Assembly (NCBI GenBank): GCA_010909165.1
Contig: MU008202.1
Location: 310,001 to 374,000 of the forward strand
Length of the DNA: 64,000 nucleotides
Direction of reading: 5' to 3'
Origin: Anthoceros angustus
Lineage: Eukaryota > Plantae > Anthocerotophyta
Shown piece by piece: positions 23,358 through 35,100 of this stretch (position 1 is its first letter; each line of letters starts with the position of its first letter). The translations under genes were made by a program, and so were the position numbers. The notes under the pieces were generated by a model, which did no database searches, had not been told where the DNA came from, and worked only from the letters and a program-made list of their open reading frames with translations.

Positions 23358-23590
23358 AAGAAAGATGTCAAGGATTTGGTTGGTTTGGTTCCCATGGGAA
23401 GCCTTCTCTGCTGTACCCTTTCATAGATAAGAGAGCTGAAGAAAGATACCAAGGATATGGTTGGTTTGGTTCCATGGGAGGCCTTCTCTACTACACTCTT
23501 TCATAGATAGGAGAGCTGATGAAAGATATCAAGGATATGGTTGGTTTGGTTCCCATGGGAGACCTCCCCTACTAGACCCTTAGAGCTGAA
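23358..23590. repeat. Tandem repeat, ~80 bp unit, ~3 copies
   Basis: The unit gaaagat..caaggat.tggttggtttggttcc(c)atggga...tttcatagata.gagagctga recurs near 23360, 23441 and 23521. Confidence 0.85.
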
Positions 23591-24859
23591 GTCCCGAGAA
23601 CGCTTAATCTACTCGTGCTGCGTAGTTCAACTCACACTGTGAATGTCTGTGTATTTCTTTCACACACGGGTTGCACTTGAGACCTTTGAGTGTCCGCGAA
23701 TGTGGTGGGAAACATGTCAGATTTTACAACACCAAAAACAGACATGTCCCCGCATTAGGTGGCAGCATGTCAGATTTTTCAATACAAAAACAGACATCTG
23801 TAGGCACATCCAAGAGCACAAAGATTCTACAATATGCCTCTCTACCACGGCGTCTACCTATGGTTCTGTTGAATTAGAGGCGCTCACGCTGAGCTTCCTC
23901 TCCACGACCTCGGCCAATGCGAGGTCCCGTGGACTCCTATCCACCAGCCGTTCTGTCACTGACCGCCTCACTGAGACCAGGCAATGTACAGCGTATTCTC
24001 CGAATATCCAAGCTTCTGGCCGGCAGCATTGGCAGCAGGCCAATTTTGAAGACTGCTCAAATAGTTTGGCCTACCGCTTCATAGTTATGGAGCTGTTATT
24101 TTTCGTTTGAAAATTTGTTGCGGCCACTATGAAAGTCTTCTGTTCCAAACTTGGTGAGCAAGTGCTTTGTGTTGTGCTGTTGAGCAAGCAAGTGCTTTGT
24201 GTTGTGCTGTTTTGGCGATGATGTTTCGCCTCACAACAACTCACATTGTGAGGCGACCACACCGAGCATAGATGCTCTTCTCCGGGCACATAGCTGTAGA
24301 GTTCGTGCGAGACATTGAAAAATATGACCGAAAGGAATGAGGGCCCACATTTTTCCATAACACGAGAGAGTAGAGCAAGACATAGTAGCAATTGTGAAAT
24401 TGAGAACAGGTCCCAGATTTTTCCTGATCGCTAAAGACCGGTAATTGCAACAAAAAAAGCCCTTCGGCGTTCTGGGGTGAAGTGCAAGGTCGGTAGTAAT
24501 CACTGCCCTAACGTCAGTCAGTCTCTGATAATTTCCCCCAATTATTTCACCGCGAAATCTCGTGAATAATTCCCAATTCGCAGAGCATCGCATACCGCTG
24601 TCCGCAGCGTCCCACCAAAATGTGATTCCTGTCTTATCCTCCTATGAAAATCCCGGAAATAGAGTGACCGTTCTACGGTGATTATCACGGTCTATGTGTA
24701 AGCCCTTTTTGTCAAATCGCAAAAAAATGTTGATTTTCGTTCTATTTAAATTAGACAGGACATGTAAGAATCTCACCCCCCGTAACAGCCTGTTCATTAC
24801 AACTCTTCGTCCCACCCTTCTAAGCTTTCTTTACTCGCATGTTTTCATTAGAAGCCTTA

Positions 24860-26600
24860 CCTGTGAGCTTGCCCTCTGATGAAATATCACCATATGGATA
24901 TGAGTCAAGAGGCCCATCAGGAATATTTGCGGGAGGCTTCTCAGCTGCAGCTCCAAGCAAATTAATATCCCCAACATTAAAGCCCATTGCACCCAAACCA
25001 TTTAGCTGCGACTTTGAACCGATGGTCGGAACGTGGCTCCATGCTGCGTGGAGGCAATCTGTTTCGCAACTACCGAATCGCTCTTTCACCTCAGGTCCTG
25101 TGGCATCAACACCAGTAGTAACTTTGTCAAGGTCCACCTTATAAATGGAATTGGCCTCTTCAACTCCCAAGGAAACCTTCGTGGATGAGTTAGATCCATT
25201 AGCACCATTCTCACCGGACTCAGCTTTCACTTTCAGAAGCTCCTTACCCTCATCAGCAATTGTTGCAACTACTTCAAATAAGAGCAAGGGCCTGTTACTC
25301 TCACTCTGTGCCAGATCACGGAAGGGCGAGTGTTGAGACTCGATGTTGATCGCAAGTCACTGGACAGATAGGATTGGAGTAGCAAGACGTGCATGATGGT
25401 GGCTGATCACCCTCAGGAGATCCAGTATTATCACCTCCTCCAAATGTCACGTGATGATATAAGAGACTGCAAGGGAGAAGCTAGAGTCTCTCACAGCGAG
25501 GAGATTTTAGGACAGGCTTCCATTGAGTTTCCACCTTCACCTGAAGATACTCCTCAGTGTGGTGTCTTCACAAAGCAGGACACCAAAATCTGTCATCAAA
25601 TGAGGCTCAGGAGGACCTGTGGTAGCTTACAGAGATAAAGAAAACAATGGCAATAAGAGGAACATGTGAAGATTTAAAGGCCACCAACCAGAAGTCCCTG
25701 ATTTTTCGGATCAATGGCATCAAAAAACACTCTGCGATGCAGTCTGTGCTGCTCAACACTGGGGTTTTTGGCCAAGACTTTGCACATATTAGCTACGATA
25801 TGCTGCACATCACAGGAACCAGACATGGATAATCAGAGACCATTGCAAATCTTCACAGCTAGTTTCCATGCTTCAATGAGCAATTCCCTCAGGACTTTGA
25901 GCTACAGCATGGCAAACACTGACCTTTATTTTCTTGACATCCAAATGGCTGATGCCAAAATGACTTTGAATTCGCCATTGGCTTTTTTGAGTCAAATTGC
26001 GAAAAACACTAACAGTGTACTTGTAATTCAAGACGTGCACGGCCTCCCGATCAACTCCCCTGATAACAGTGGGAGACCACAATCCAACATGCTGCAAGAA
26101 ACAGACAAGTTAGGATGTATGCATCTGCCTCCCCACCCCAAGAGTATAAAGTAAAGCAATTGCATTCAGACACCCAGAGAAGAGATAAGAAACAATATTG
26201 ATGTACCAGTACAACACAACTAGTGACACCCTCAATACAAGACATGGCACACACCTCTACGGTACCAGAAACGTCAGAGAAAATTTGTAAAAATCTGCAT
26301 CCTTTAACACCAGAAGTTAGAACACCAGTCCATCTCTGCTAATCATGCCAGTTCCTGCCTCTGGAGATCGATTACTGCTACTCCACATCCCCTTTCAAGA
26401 AGGGGAACTGGAACCCACAATCAACTTACACAATTCAAGAGAGAAAATTACCTCTCGACCATGAAGTGTCAGCATGACAATTCCAAATCCACCAGCAATG
26501 ATCCACTTCTGAGTGGAAAATCCGAGCAGCTCCATGAACACGCAAATAGCTGAACCCAAACTGACGTATAAACTGTGTTCCCTATGAACTGCACTCCAAC
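24860..26600 (-). pseudogene. 3' portion of a multi-exon gene of unknown function, with in-frame stops
   Basis: AG/GT-bounded exons splice into ...[54 protein letters not shown]..., HIVANMCKVLAKN...HRRVFFDAIDPKNQGLL, PPEPHLMTDFGVLLCEDTTLRSIF and LLYHHVTFGGG. No 5' exons are seen beyond the element at 26.7 kb. Confidence 0.55.
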
Positions 26601-26744
26601 CTGTAAAAGAAATCAGAGGGACACAAGTCGGTAAGGCTTGACACTTTTGAGCCCACGAATTGCCAAGTAAAAGAAGGATAAAATGGCCAGACTAATCAAA
26701 TGGGATGCACGAACATTTCTAGTTTCTTGGCACCCTTGACGCTT

Positions 26745-29700
26745 GTGGACCGTAAGCTCTCCCCCTTAGAAGGTAACGAGCTAGTTTTTTTGTTTTTTTG
26801 TTAGTGTGGAGTGAGAAATAACACGAGAAAAGGGAAATAAGACCGGAACGGGTAAGAAGGGGACGATCGCCCGTAAGGACAGGGGGACTCCGGACCTCAC
26901 TCCGGACTAGACCGGGTGACTCCGGACCACACTCCGGAGCGGCCTGAGGGACTACGGACCGCACTCCGGAGTAGACCTGGGTGAGTCTGGACTCCACTCC
27001 GGAGTAAGTCGCGATAAGTACGCCAGGAAAGGTAACTTTGGGTCGGGGAGCGTATTTTGGCAAGGGGTGCCACGTGGACGGTGCTAAGAGGGGGATGTGC
27101 ATGCACGGACCGTAGGCTGCGCGGCCGTTATGGGTGGTAACCACGCCCGTACATGCGCCGTAGTAAGGCTAGAGTACGCGGCGCCAAGCAAGTAAAAGAT
27201 AAAGCTAGAGGCAATGCGTGACTCGATTGGCAGCGAAGGACGCCTCCCACGCCTTTGCCATTCTCGACGCTGGTGCCGAGAGAAGGCCATTCTCGACTAA
27301 CTTCGGCTTTAGCCGCCGCCCAGCACCCTGCTCTTTGGCGCTATCTCTCTCGGCGTTCAAGCCCAATTACGAGCGGCCATCGCCTCCGAACCGAGCGCTC
27401 TTTACGGCGGAATTTGGCAGAAGTCTTGGCGCCCACCACCTCACAGCAGCACACCAACCAGCGCGAGGGTATGGGACCCAAGAAGGCGGCGGAGGCCTGG
27501 GAGCCGTGGCGCCTGGTGGAGAAGAACATTGTCACCAAGCGCCACCTGTGATGGACTCGTCAAGGCGGAGAGAGTGCAAGAATGGCACCTAGACATTTTC
27601 CAGCGGTGTGCACTGACAACAGGGCTCGTCCGGAGTACGCCCAAGATGTTGGCGGTGGCCAACAAACGGTCCGCCCAAAAGCTTGAGGAGGACCCAGGAG
27701 ATGGACTGGAGGTCCCGAGGGCGGTCTACAACCGCGGAATGGGAGGAGATCGCTATGAGTCGAGCTCTTAAGGTGAAATCAAGATGGAGGCGGCAAGGGC
27801 GGTGTTTGAGGCCGGGACGCCGGGCCCCTCAAATGGGTGGCTAATGCTTGGACTACCGGACAGGGTGAGGGCGGTGGCAAGATCATCGTCCATTGGAACA
27901 TGCTCACCAAGGTGGATCACCTTGGTGACAATTTGCTTGTATTCCTCCACGCCCTGCAGAGAGGGAAGAGGGTCGACTGGGGAAGGATCATCCTCGCCAG
28001 AGTTAATCAGGAGGCGAGGAAGTTGCGAAACGAGCGGCCGCCCCCATCAGCGCTGTCTCCGTTCATCATCCATGTGTGGGGGCACCTTAACCTCCTGAGG
28101 GAGCGAGAAGAGGAGCGAGCGCTCCGAAAGGGGTTGGTGACCCTTCCCGAGACGAAGGGTCGTCCTCCCAAGACCAGGCGGGTCCAGGACGAGGAGGATT
28201 GGGAGGGGATTCCGGACTCCATACGACTGGAACGGACCCCCTCGCCGCCCCGGGAAGTTTGGGAAGAAATTCCCGCTTCCCTTCTCTTAGTCTCCACCGG
28301 AGTACCCTACGCCGGAGGAGACTGCAGCAGGGAGGGAGCTGGTGGTCGCAGTACCAACAAGCGAACTTGATGGCCTCTAGAGCACCGAACCCTCACGGAC
28401 CAGAGGTAAAGAAGAGGAAGACGGCCTCCACCACCATACCCAGGACTGGTTTTGGCCCCTTCCGCCTGCCGAATTGAGAGAGCGTAGGGAGGCAAGTGAG
28501 GAGGGCGGAGCGAGATGCGCCTGTGAGCGGGGACATCGGCAAAGAACCCCACCCCGAGCCTGCTTTGTCACCAAGAACCCTCACCACCTCCGGACCCCAA
28601 GAGAAGGCGGCGAGAAGGAGTTAGCAGCCAAGAGGGCTAAGGAGGTGGAAGCCCCATCAGAATACCTGTGACCCGAGGGTCCCGATTGGGTCCGAGTCCT
28701 AGTCCGCCTCCCGACTGGTTTGGCGGTTCCCACCCGACCGGTGCATTTCAGCCCTTGGCCGGACTTCACGGGATCTCCGCGGCCGTGGAAGAGACCAGGA
28801 GAGTCAAGCACCGTCAGTGGAGCTGGGGTCTCTGGAACCAGCAGAGAAGGCCCAGGAAGTGGAGGCCACCACAAGACGAATGGTGGAGCTTCAAGGCCAG
28901 GCGGAGGCGGCCCAAGTGGCCAAGAGAAAGGCGGAGACCCTGGCTAGAGTCGAGGAGGAGAAGCGCCGGGCGGCCGAATCTGAGGCCAGGTCCGCCCAAC
29001 AAGACTGGGCTAGGGTGCTTCAGCTGTGTGAACAGCTGAAGAACGCGCAGGAGGCACAAGCAAAGGCAGAGGACCTTTGTAGGCGGAGGGGAGCGGCCCA
29101 GGAAGAGACAGAGGAGGCGAGAAGGCAGGCGAAGAGGGCCAAGGCCGAGATGCCTGGCAGAAACACTGTCTGGAGGCCCAAGTGAAGGGGGCGCTGGAGG
29201 CAGGGCCCCGCAAGACGGATAGGGACCACTATCATGGGATCTAACCGGTGGAGGAGGTGGTGGAGTAGCCGCTGCCAACCTCAAGGCCGAGCAAAGGGCG
29301 GAGCAGCACGGCAAGCCGTGAAAGAAGAGAAGGAGGCCAAGCACCCGGGAGATGGAAGATCTCCTGAAATGGCAGCACGGAGGAGCGCGCCAGAGCCGGA
29401 GGACCCATGAGACTCGAGCTACAGTGAAACGGTGGAGCTGGAATGGAATTCTCCAAGGAGAATCATGGACCACGAGCGAGATAGAGCGACTCCACTGCTG
29501 GAGGGTGGAGGAGAGTCGATGGTCGCGTGACATCGCCGAATTGGAGAAGGACTTGAGGAAGCCAGGCCGGAGCCGGATCACCGGAAAGGAGATGGTGGCC
29601 TCCGTGCAAGGATGAATGGTGGGAGAGAGCTCGAGAGAGGAGCAGAATTGCTGGTCCCATCACATGGAAGGGGAACGCCAGCGTCATGGCGAAAGTTGGC

Positions 29701-32185
29701 CGAGCTCCAAGAACAGGCGGAGGAGGAGAACGCAGAGTGCCAGCAGAGGCCGCAGGAAGTGGCGGAGGCAGCCTTGGCCGCCTCGAGAGACTCCAACGGT
29801 CCAACCGGGCGAGCCTTGGCCGAGATTTCGCCATGCAGCCCCCAAAGACGCCTAACCGCCGAGCACCTTTGGAGGAGGGAATACCGGGTGCTCCGGGCCC
29901 ATGTGGAGGAGGCCATCAGGCAAATCGACTCGGACTTCGCCTACTACCATGCGGAGCTCCCTCATAATCGGAGGTCCTTTCTCACCCAAGCAGTTGAAGG
30001 ACCACCGAAGGATCGGAGGAAGGGGCCAGACGGCAAGCCAGGGGATAGCGCCCGCCACCGGAACCCTGGGGGCGCTGTTCGGAGATGAGAGCAGCAATGG
30101 AGAAGGGGAGCACCGGACAGAGGGGCACGTGGTGGACACCACCAGACAAGAGGTAAGTCGCACCACAAGGGAAGAAGGGGAGGAGGCCCCGAGGGGCCGA
30201 GAAGTCAGGGGACCCAAGACGAGTGTGGGGTCCTGGATGAAGTGGACGAGAATGCTTCCGGGCGAGGGTTTTCGAGAACCACAGACCGACTCGAGGTCCC
30301 GATCGGACCGAGGCCGGACCACGAGGTCCTGGGACTCAACGAGACCGGACCACAGGTCCGGACTGAGAGACCGGACCTCGAGGTCCGGACCAATCGACCG
30401 ACCTAAGGTCCGGACTCGGCAAGGCCGGACCCCGAGGTCCACGCAGAGGGGAAAGGGTGAGAGGAGATCCCGTCCGGCCTACCCAGGCTGAGCCTCTGGT
30501 GGACCCCGGGCAGAGGTGGACCCACCACAGTTAGAGAGGACTTGCACTGCGGTCATCAGTCAGGCCGCCTGTAGCTCAACCTACAGAGTCTCGGAAGGGG
30601 AGGAGCCAGCATCGATCATCCGATTAGGCGTGCAATCGCTGTGGCTAGGGATTGGGCCAGCGCTGTAGGAATCATGAGCACTCCACCCCACCGCCTGGAA
30701 AGGAGATGGTGGCCTCCGTGCAAGGATGAATGGTGGGAGAGAGCTCGAGAGAGGAGCAGAATTGCTGGTCCGGGAAGAAGGAAGGGGAACGCCTGGCCAT
30801 GGCTGAAGTTGGCCGAGGCCCAAAGAACGGGCGGGAGGAGGAGAACGCAGAGTGCCAGCAGAGGCCGCAGGAAGTGGCGGAGGCAGCCTTGGCCGCCGAG
30901 AGACTCAGCTGACTCCAACTCGGTGCCTTATGTCAGACGGCCATGCAGCCCCCAAGACGCCTAACCGCCGAGCACCTTTGAGGAGGGAATACCGGTGCCC
31001 GGGCCCATGTGGAGGAGGCCATCAGCAACCGACTCCTGACCACTACCATGGAGCTCCTCAATCGGAGGTCCTTTCTCACCCCCGACAGATTGAAGGACCA
31101 CCGGAAGGATCAGAGGAAGGGGGGCGAGACGAAGGCCCCGGGGATAGCGCCGCCACCGGAACCCTGGGGGCGCTGTTCGGAGATGAGAGCAGCAATGGAG
31201 AAGGGGAGCACCAGGACGAGAGGGATACGGTGGACACCACCAGACAAGAGGTAAGTCCGTCGCACCCCACAAGGGAAGAAGGGGAGGAGGCCCCCGAGGG
31301 GGTCAGAGAAGGAGAAGTCCAGGGGGACCCAAGACAGGCAGGGGGTCCGGTGGATGAAGACGGACCCCCGGAGAATGCTCTGGGCGAGGGTTTTCAGAAC
31401 CGCGAGACCGACTCGAGGTCCGGACTGGACCGAGGCTGACTCGAGGTCCGGACCGGACCGAGACCGGACCGAGGTCCGGACTGACCGAGACCGGACCCTG
31501 AGGTCCGGACTCCGGAATCGAGACTGGACCCTAAGGTCCGGACTCCGGAAGCAAGGCCGGACCCCGAGGTCCAGACGCAGGAGGGGGAAAGGGTGAGAGG
31601 AGATCCCCGTCAGCCTACCCAGGCAGAGCAGCCTCCTGGTGGACCCGCAGAGCAGGGACCCACCAGCGAGTTAAGGGGGGGGAAGAGGAGGACTTGGTGG
31701 TCATCACGGCAGTCATCGTGCCGCCGCCTGTAGCTCAAATCTACAGTAGTCCCTGGAAGGGGAGGAGCCAGATCGCGATCATCCGACATGCGGCCGCAAT
31801 CGCTGTGGCTAGGGATTGGGCCAGCCGCTGTGGCGAATCATGAGCACTCCCAGCCCCACCGCCGTAGACGCAGATAAGCTAGCTAAGGGGAATAGTGGGC
31901 TGGGGCTAGGGCACACTGAGTTGGACATCAGCTCAGAATAGGAGTGTAATAAAGACGCCGCCTTAGGGCGTAGTATAAGAGGGCAGGGGCTGCTCTAGTA
32001 AAGCATCTTTCTTTTGGGGTTGATGCCACATTCTCTTTGCAGACCCTTGTGTCCTTTGCTAACGCGAGTCTGAGTCAGAAAGGTGCAAGACAAATTTCCG
32101 AGATCGATCCAGTCCCGTGGCGGATTCTAACGTGTGGTGGTGTGCAGGGCGGACGACTGTGGACCTCCTTCCGGCGGAGGTCAAT
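26745..32185 (+). mobile_element. LTR-retrotransposon-like remnant: frameshifted accessory ORF (from 27471, coiled-coil rich), GTCCGGAC repeats, purine tract and start of an LTR; no gag-pol
   Basis: ORF pieces MGPKKAAEAWEPW..., LHALQRGKRVDWGRIILARV and an E/A/R/Q-rich coiled coil. Purine tract at 31674-31691 and TATAAGAGGG at 31975. Homologous in inverted orientation to 37.5-41.3 kb. The left boundary is approximate. Confidence 0.6.
29583..31863 (+). repeat. ~1.1 kb tandem duplication within the retroelement
   Basis: ggaaaggagatggtggcctccgtgcaaggatgaatgg starts at 29583 and again at 30696. Both copies run to ...gaatcatgagcactcc..ccccaccgcc. Confidence 0.85.
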
Positions 32186-32189
32186 CTGA

Positions 32190-35100
32190 GGAACATCCAA
32201 TAAGCTAAAAGGCGTACACAGCCTCACACAAACCTCGTGACATAATAATCACCCCATCCACAAAAGGATGGGTCCGGGATGCCGTCGAGTCTTGAAGTGG
32301 CATTTCTCCAAGCTCTCGCTTTTCTAAAGCAACAATCACACCGGGAGTAAGCTCATGAGGACTCACTCCAAAGAAAGCCTTAAAATGCGAAAGTGACATT
32401 AATTTCGGGCTGAGGACGACTTGAAGACCTGCAAAGTCACCTCACAGCGTCCAAGCCCCAAACCAAAAGGCAATCAAGCCCGAGGCGGGGACAATCGCAC
32501 ACAAAAGGTAATCAAGCCAAGAGAGCTGACAAGCTTGACAACCGCAGGATGTGCCTTTGAAATCAAGAGAGACCGCCAATTAGACAGACAAAGTGAGTAT
32601 TCCAAAGAATTCCAAAACAAAGCGAGATAATAAAATCCGGCCTGCACTAACATCCTCCATATACATGGTCGCCCCGACTAGCCAGACTACACTCAAGCCC
32701 TCAATCGCCGTGAGATGCTCGCTTAACTTGTCCTTTCACTATAGGAAGGTATAACTCAAGGACGAGGACTCGAACAAGCGTAGATGCCATCGAGCCGCTT
32801 CCGGTTTGATTTTCCTTTCCACGGTAGCCGGGAGCACCTGGGGGTCTTGAAGCAAGGCGTCCGTGAATCAAGGCCACGCCAGCAGACGCAGCTCAAGACC
32901 AAACCCACCTCCCTCCTTCATGAGACCCGAAAATCCATCAGTAGCGGGTATTAATTACATGCCCGTGCCCCAACTAAACCGGAGGACCTGCATGCATCCT
33001 CGAAACCTCGGCAGCCTATTCTCCCGCACTCAACCCACACAAACTACACTCGGGGCCACAAGATGAGCCAATTAGGAAGCAACAATACCTCCGCCTCCGC
33101 AGCAGAGCGGCAACCTGAACGACAGATCCGCGGGCCGCCCAGCTGCGAGACTTGCATCATGCACTGCCCACCGCTATAGTGAACCGAAAGTGCCGCCATG
33201 ACAGTTGTGCGATGTCATTGACGCCGGTGTAGTATAATCCGGTCGTTGTAGCAAGGTCCGCTCCTTGGAGAATGATAGGCTCCGTTTGGCACGTTTTCAA
33301 CCGATTCTCACCTCAACGTAGTGACCGTCGGTCTCAAGCGCAGCGTCTAGCTTTCGACTAACTACTCTCACGCTCATCAACATGCCCGGTAATGGCCAAA
33401 TGTTAAGGGACCTGCTCGGCCCTGCAGATCCTAATCAGTTCTCCTCAATTCTCTCTACACCATCACCCTTTGGGAAAGAGGGTGGGCTGTGGTGGTCGAC
33501 CTCCTCCGCTGCCACGCCTCGCCCAAGGGCTCTACAGACGCCTCCCGAGTTCCTCCGTCACGTGGTTCGATCCGGCCCAACGCCACCAAGCCCTCTGGAA
33601 GAGTAGAGGTCTCGATCGTCACCGCACACACCACCACACGTTAGGGTCAGTCACGGGACCTCGTCAATCTCTAATAAGCAGTTCGCTGACTCGGACTCAC
33701 GCTAGCAAAAGACGACAAGGGTCTACAAGGGCTTCAGATCCACCCCCAAGAAAAAGATGCTTTACTAGAGCAAAGCCTCGCCCTCTTATACTATGCAAGG
33801 CGGCGCCTTTTATTACCTCCTATTCTCGAGTCAGGCTGGCATTCATGGTGCCCCTAGTCAACCGCCTACTCTCCCCTACTTCTTGCCATCTCCATGGTAG
33901 GAGTGCTTGGTTCCGCCTCAAGACCGGTGGGAGGTCAACGGAGGAACATCCAATAAGCTAAAAGGCGACAGAACAGCCCTCAAGCACAAAACCTGCATAT
34001 AACAATCACTCCCATCCACAAAAGGATGGGTCTGAAGTAGGATGCCGTCAGGTACTGAGTAAGGCTGTTCTCCAAGCTTTTCTGGCTTTTCTACAAAGCA
34101 AACAATCACACTGGAGTAAGCTCATGAGGACTCACTCCAAAGAAAGCCTTCAAAAATGCGAGCAGGACATTAATTTCCTGCTGCGTGAGGACGCACCTTG
34201 AAGACCTTTTTGCAAAGCTGCCTCACAAGCGGTCCAAGCCCCCAAACCAAAAAGGCAATCAAGCCCAGAGCGGGACAGTTTGGACAACTGCACACAAAAG
34301 GCAATCAAGCCAAGAGCTGGGACAGTTTGGACAACTGCAGGATGTGCCTTTGAAATCAAGAGAGACCTGCCCAGCATTAGACAAACAAGTGAGTATTCCA
34401 GTAACTCCAAAACAAAGCCAGAGATAATAAAAATCCGGCTGCGTCCAGACTAACATCCTCCACATACATGGTCGTCCTGACCTAGCCAGCACCACACTCA
34501 AGCCCTCAATCGTTGCCAGAGATGCCTGCTTAACTTGTCCTTTCACTATAGGAAGGTATAACTCCAAGGACGAGGACGGAACAAGCGTAGCATGCCATCG
34601 AGCCCCGGTTTGATTTTCCTTCCACCGAGCCGAGCACCAGGGTCTTGAAGCAAGGGCGTCCGCGAATCGCTATCAAAGCAGCACGCGTTCAAGACCAAAC
34701 CCACCTCCCTCCTTCCGCAGACCCCGAAAATCCATCATAGGCGGCGAGGCAACTTACATGCACTTTAACTAAACTGGAGGGACCTGCAACAGAACTCAAA
34801 CCCCGCGCTATTCCTCCCAGACTCAACGACACAAACTCCACGACTCGGGCCACAAGATGAGCCAATTAGGAAGCAACAATACCTCCAACAGAACAGAGCG
34901 CAACCCCGCAACGACCTAACGCGGCCGCCCACCGCAGACTCCTGCACATGCACCGCCCACCGCTATAGTGAACCGAGGCCGCCACGACAGCAGTGGATCG
35001 CGCCGACGGCCAACAGCGTATAATCCGTGTCGTTGTAGCAAGGGGTCCGCTCGTGAGAATGATAGGCTCCGCTTTGGCACGCTTTTCAACCGATTCTCAC

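Noticed and set aside
26886-31575. CRISPR-like array from TCCGGA repeats (the 80 bp repeat at 23358 was also considered)
   Set aside because: Repeats are short and irregular with no unique constant-length spacers, there are no cas genes, and the context is eukaryotic.
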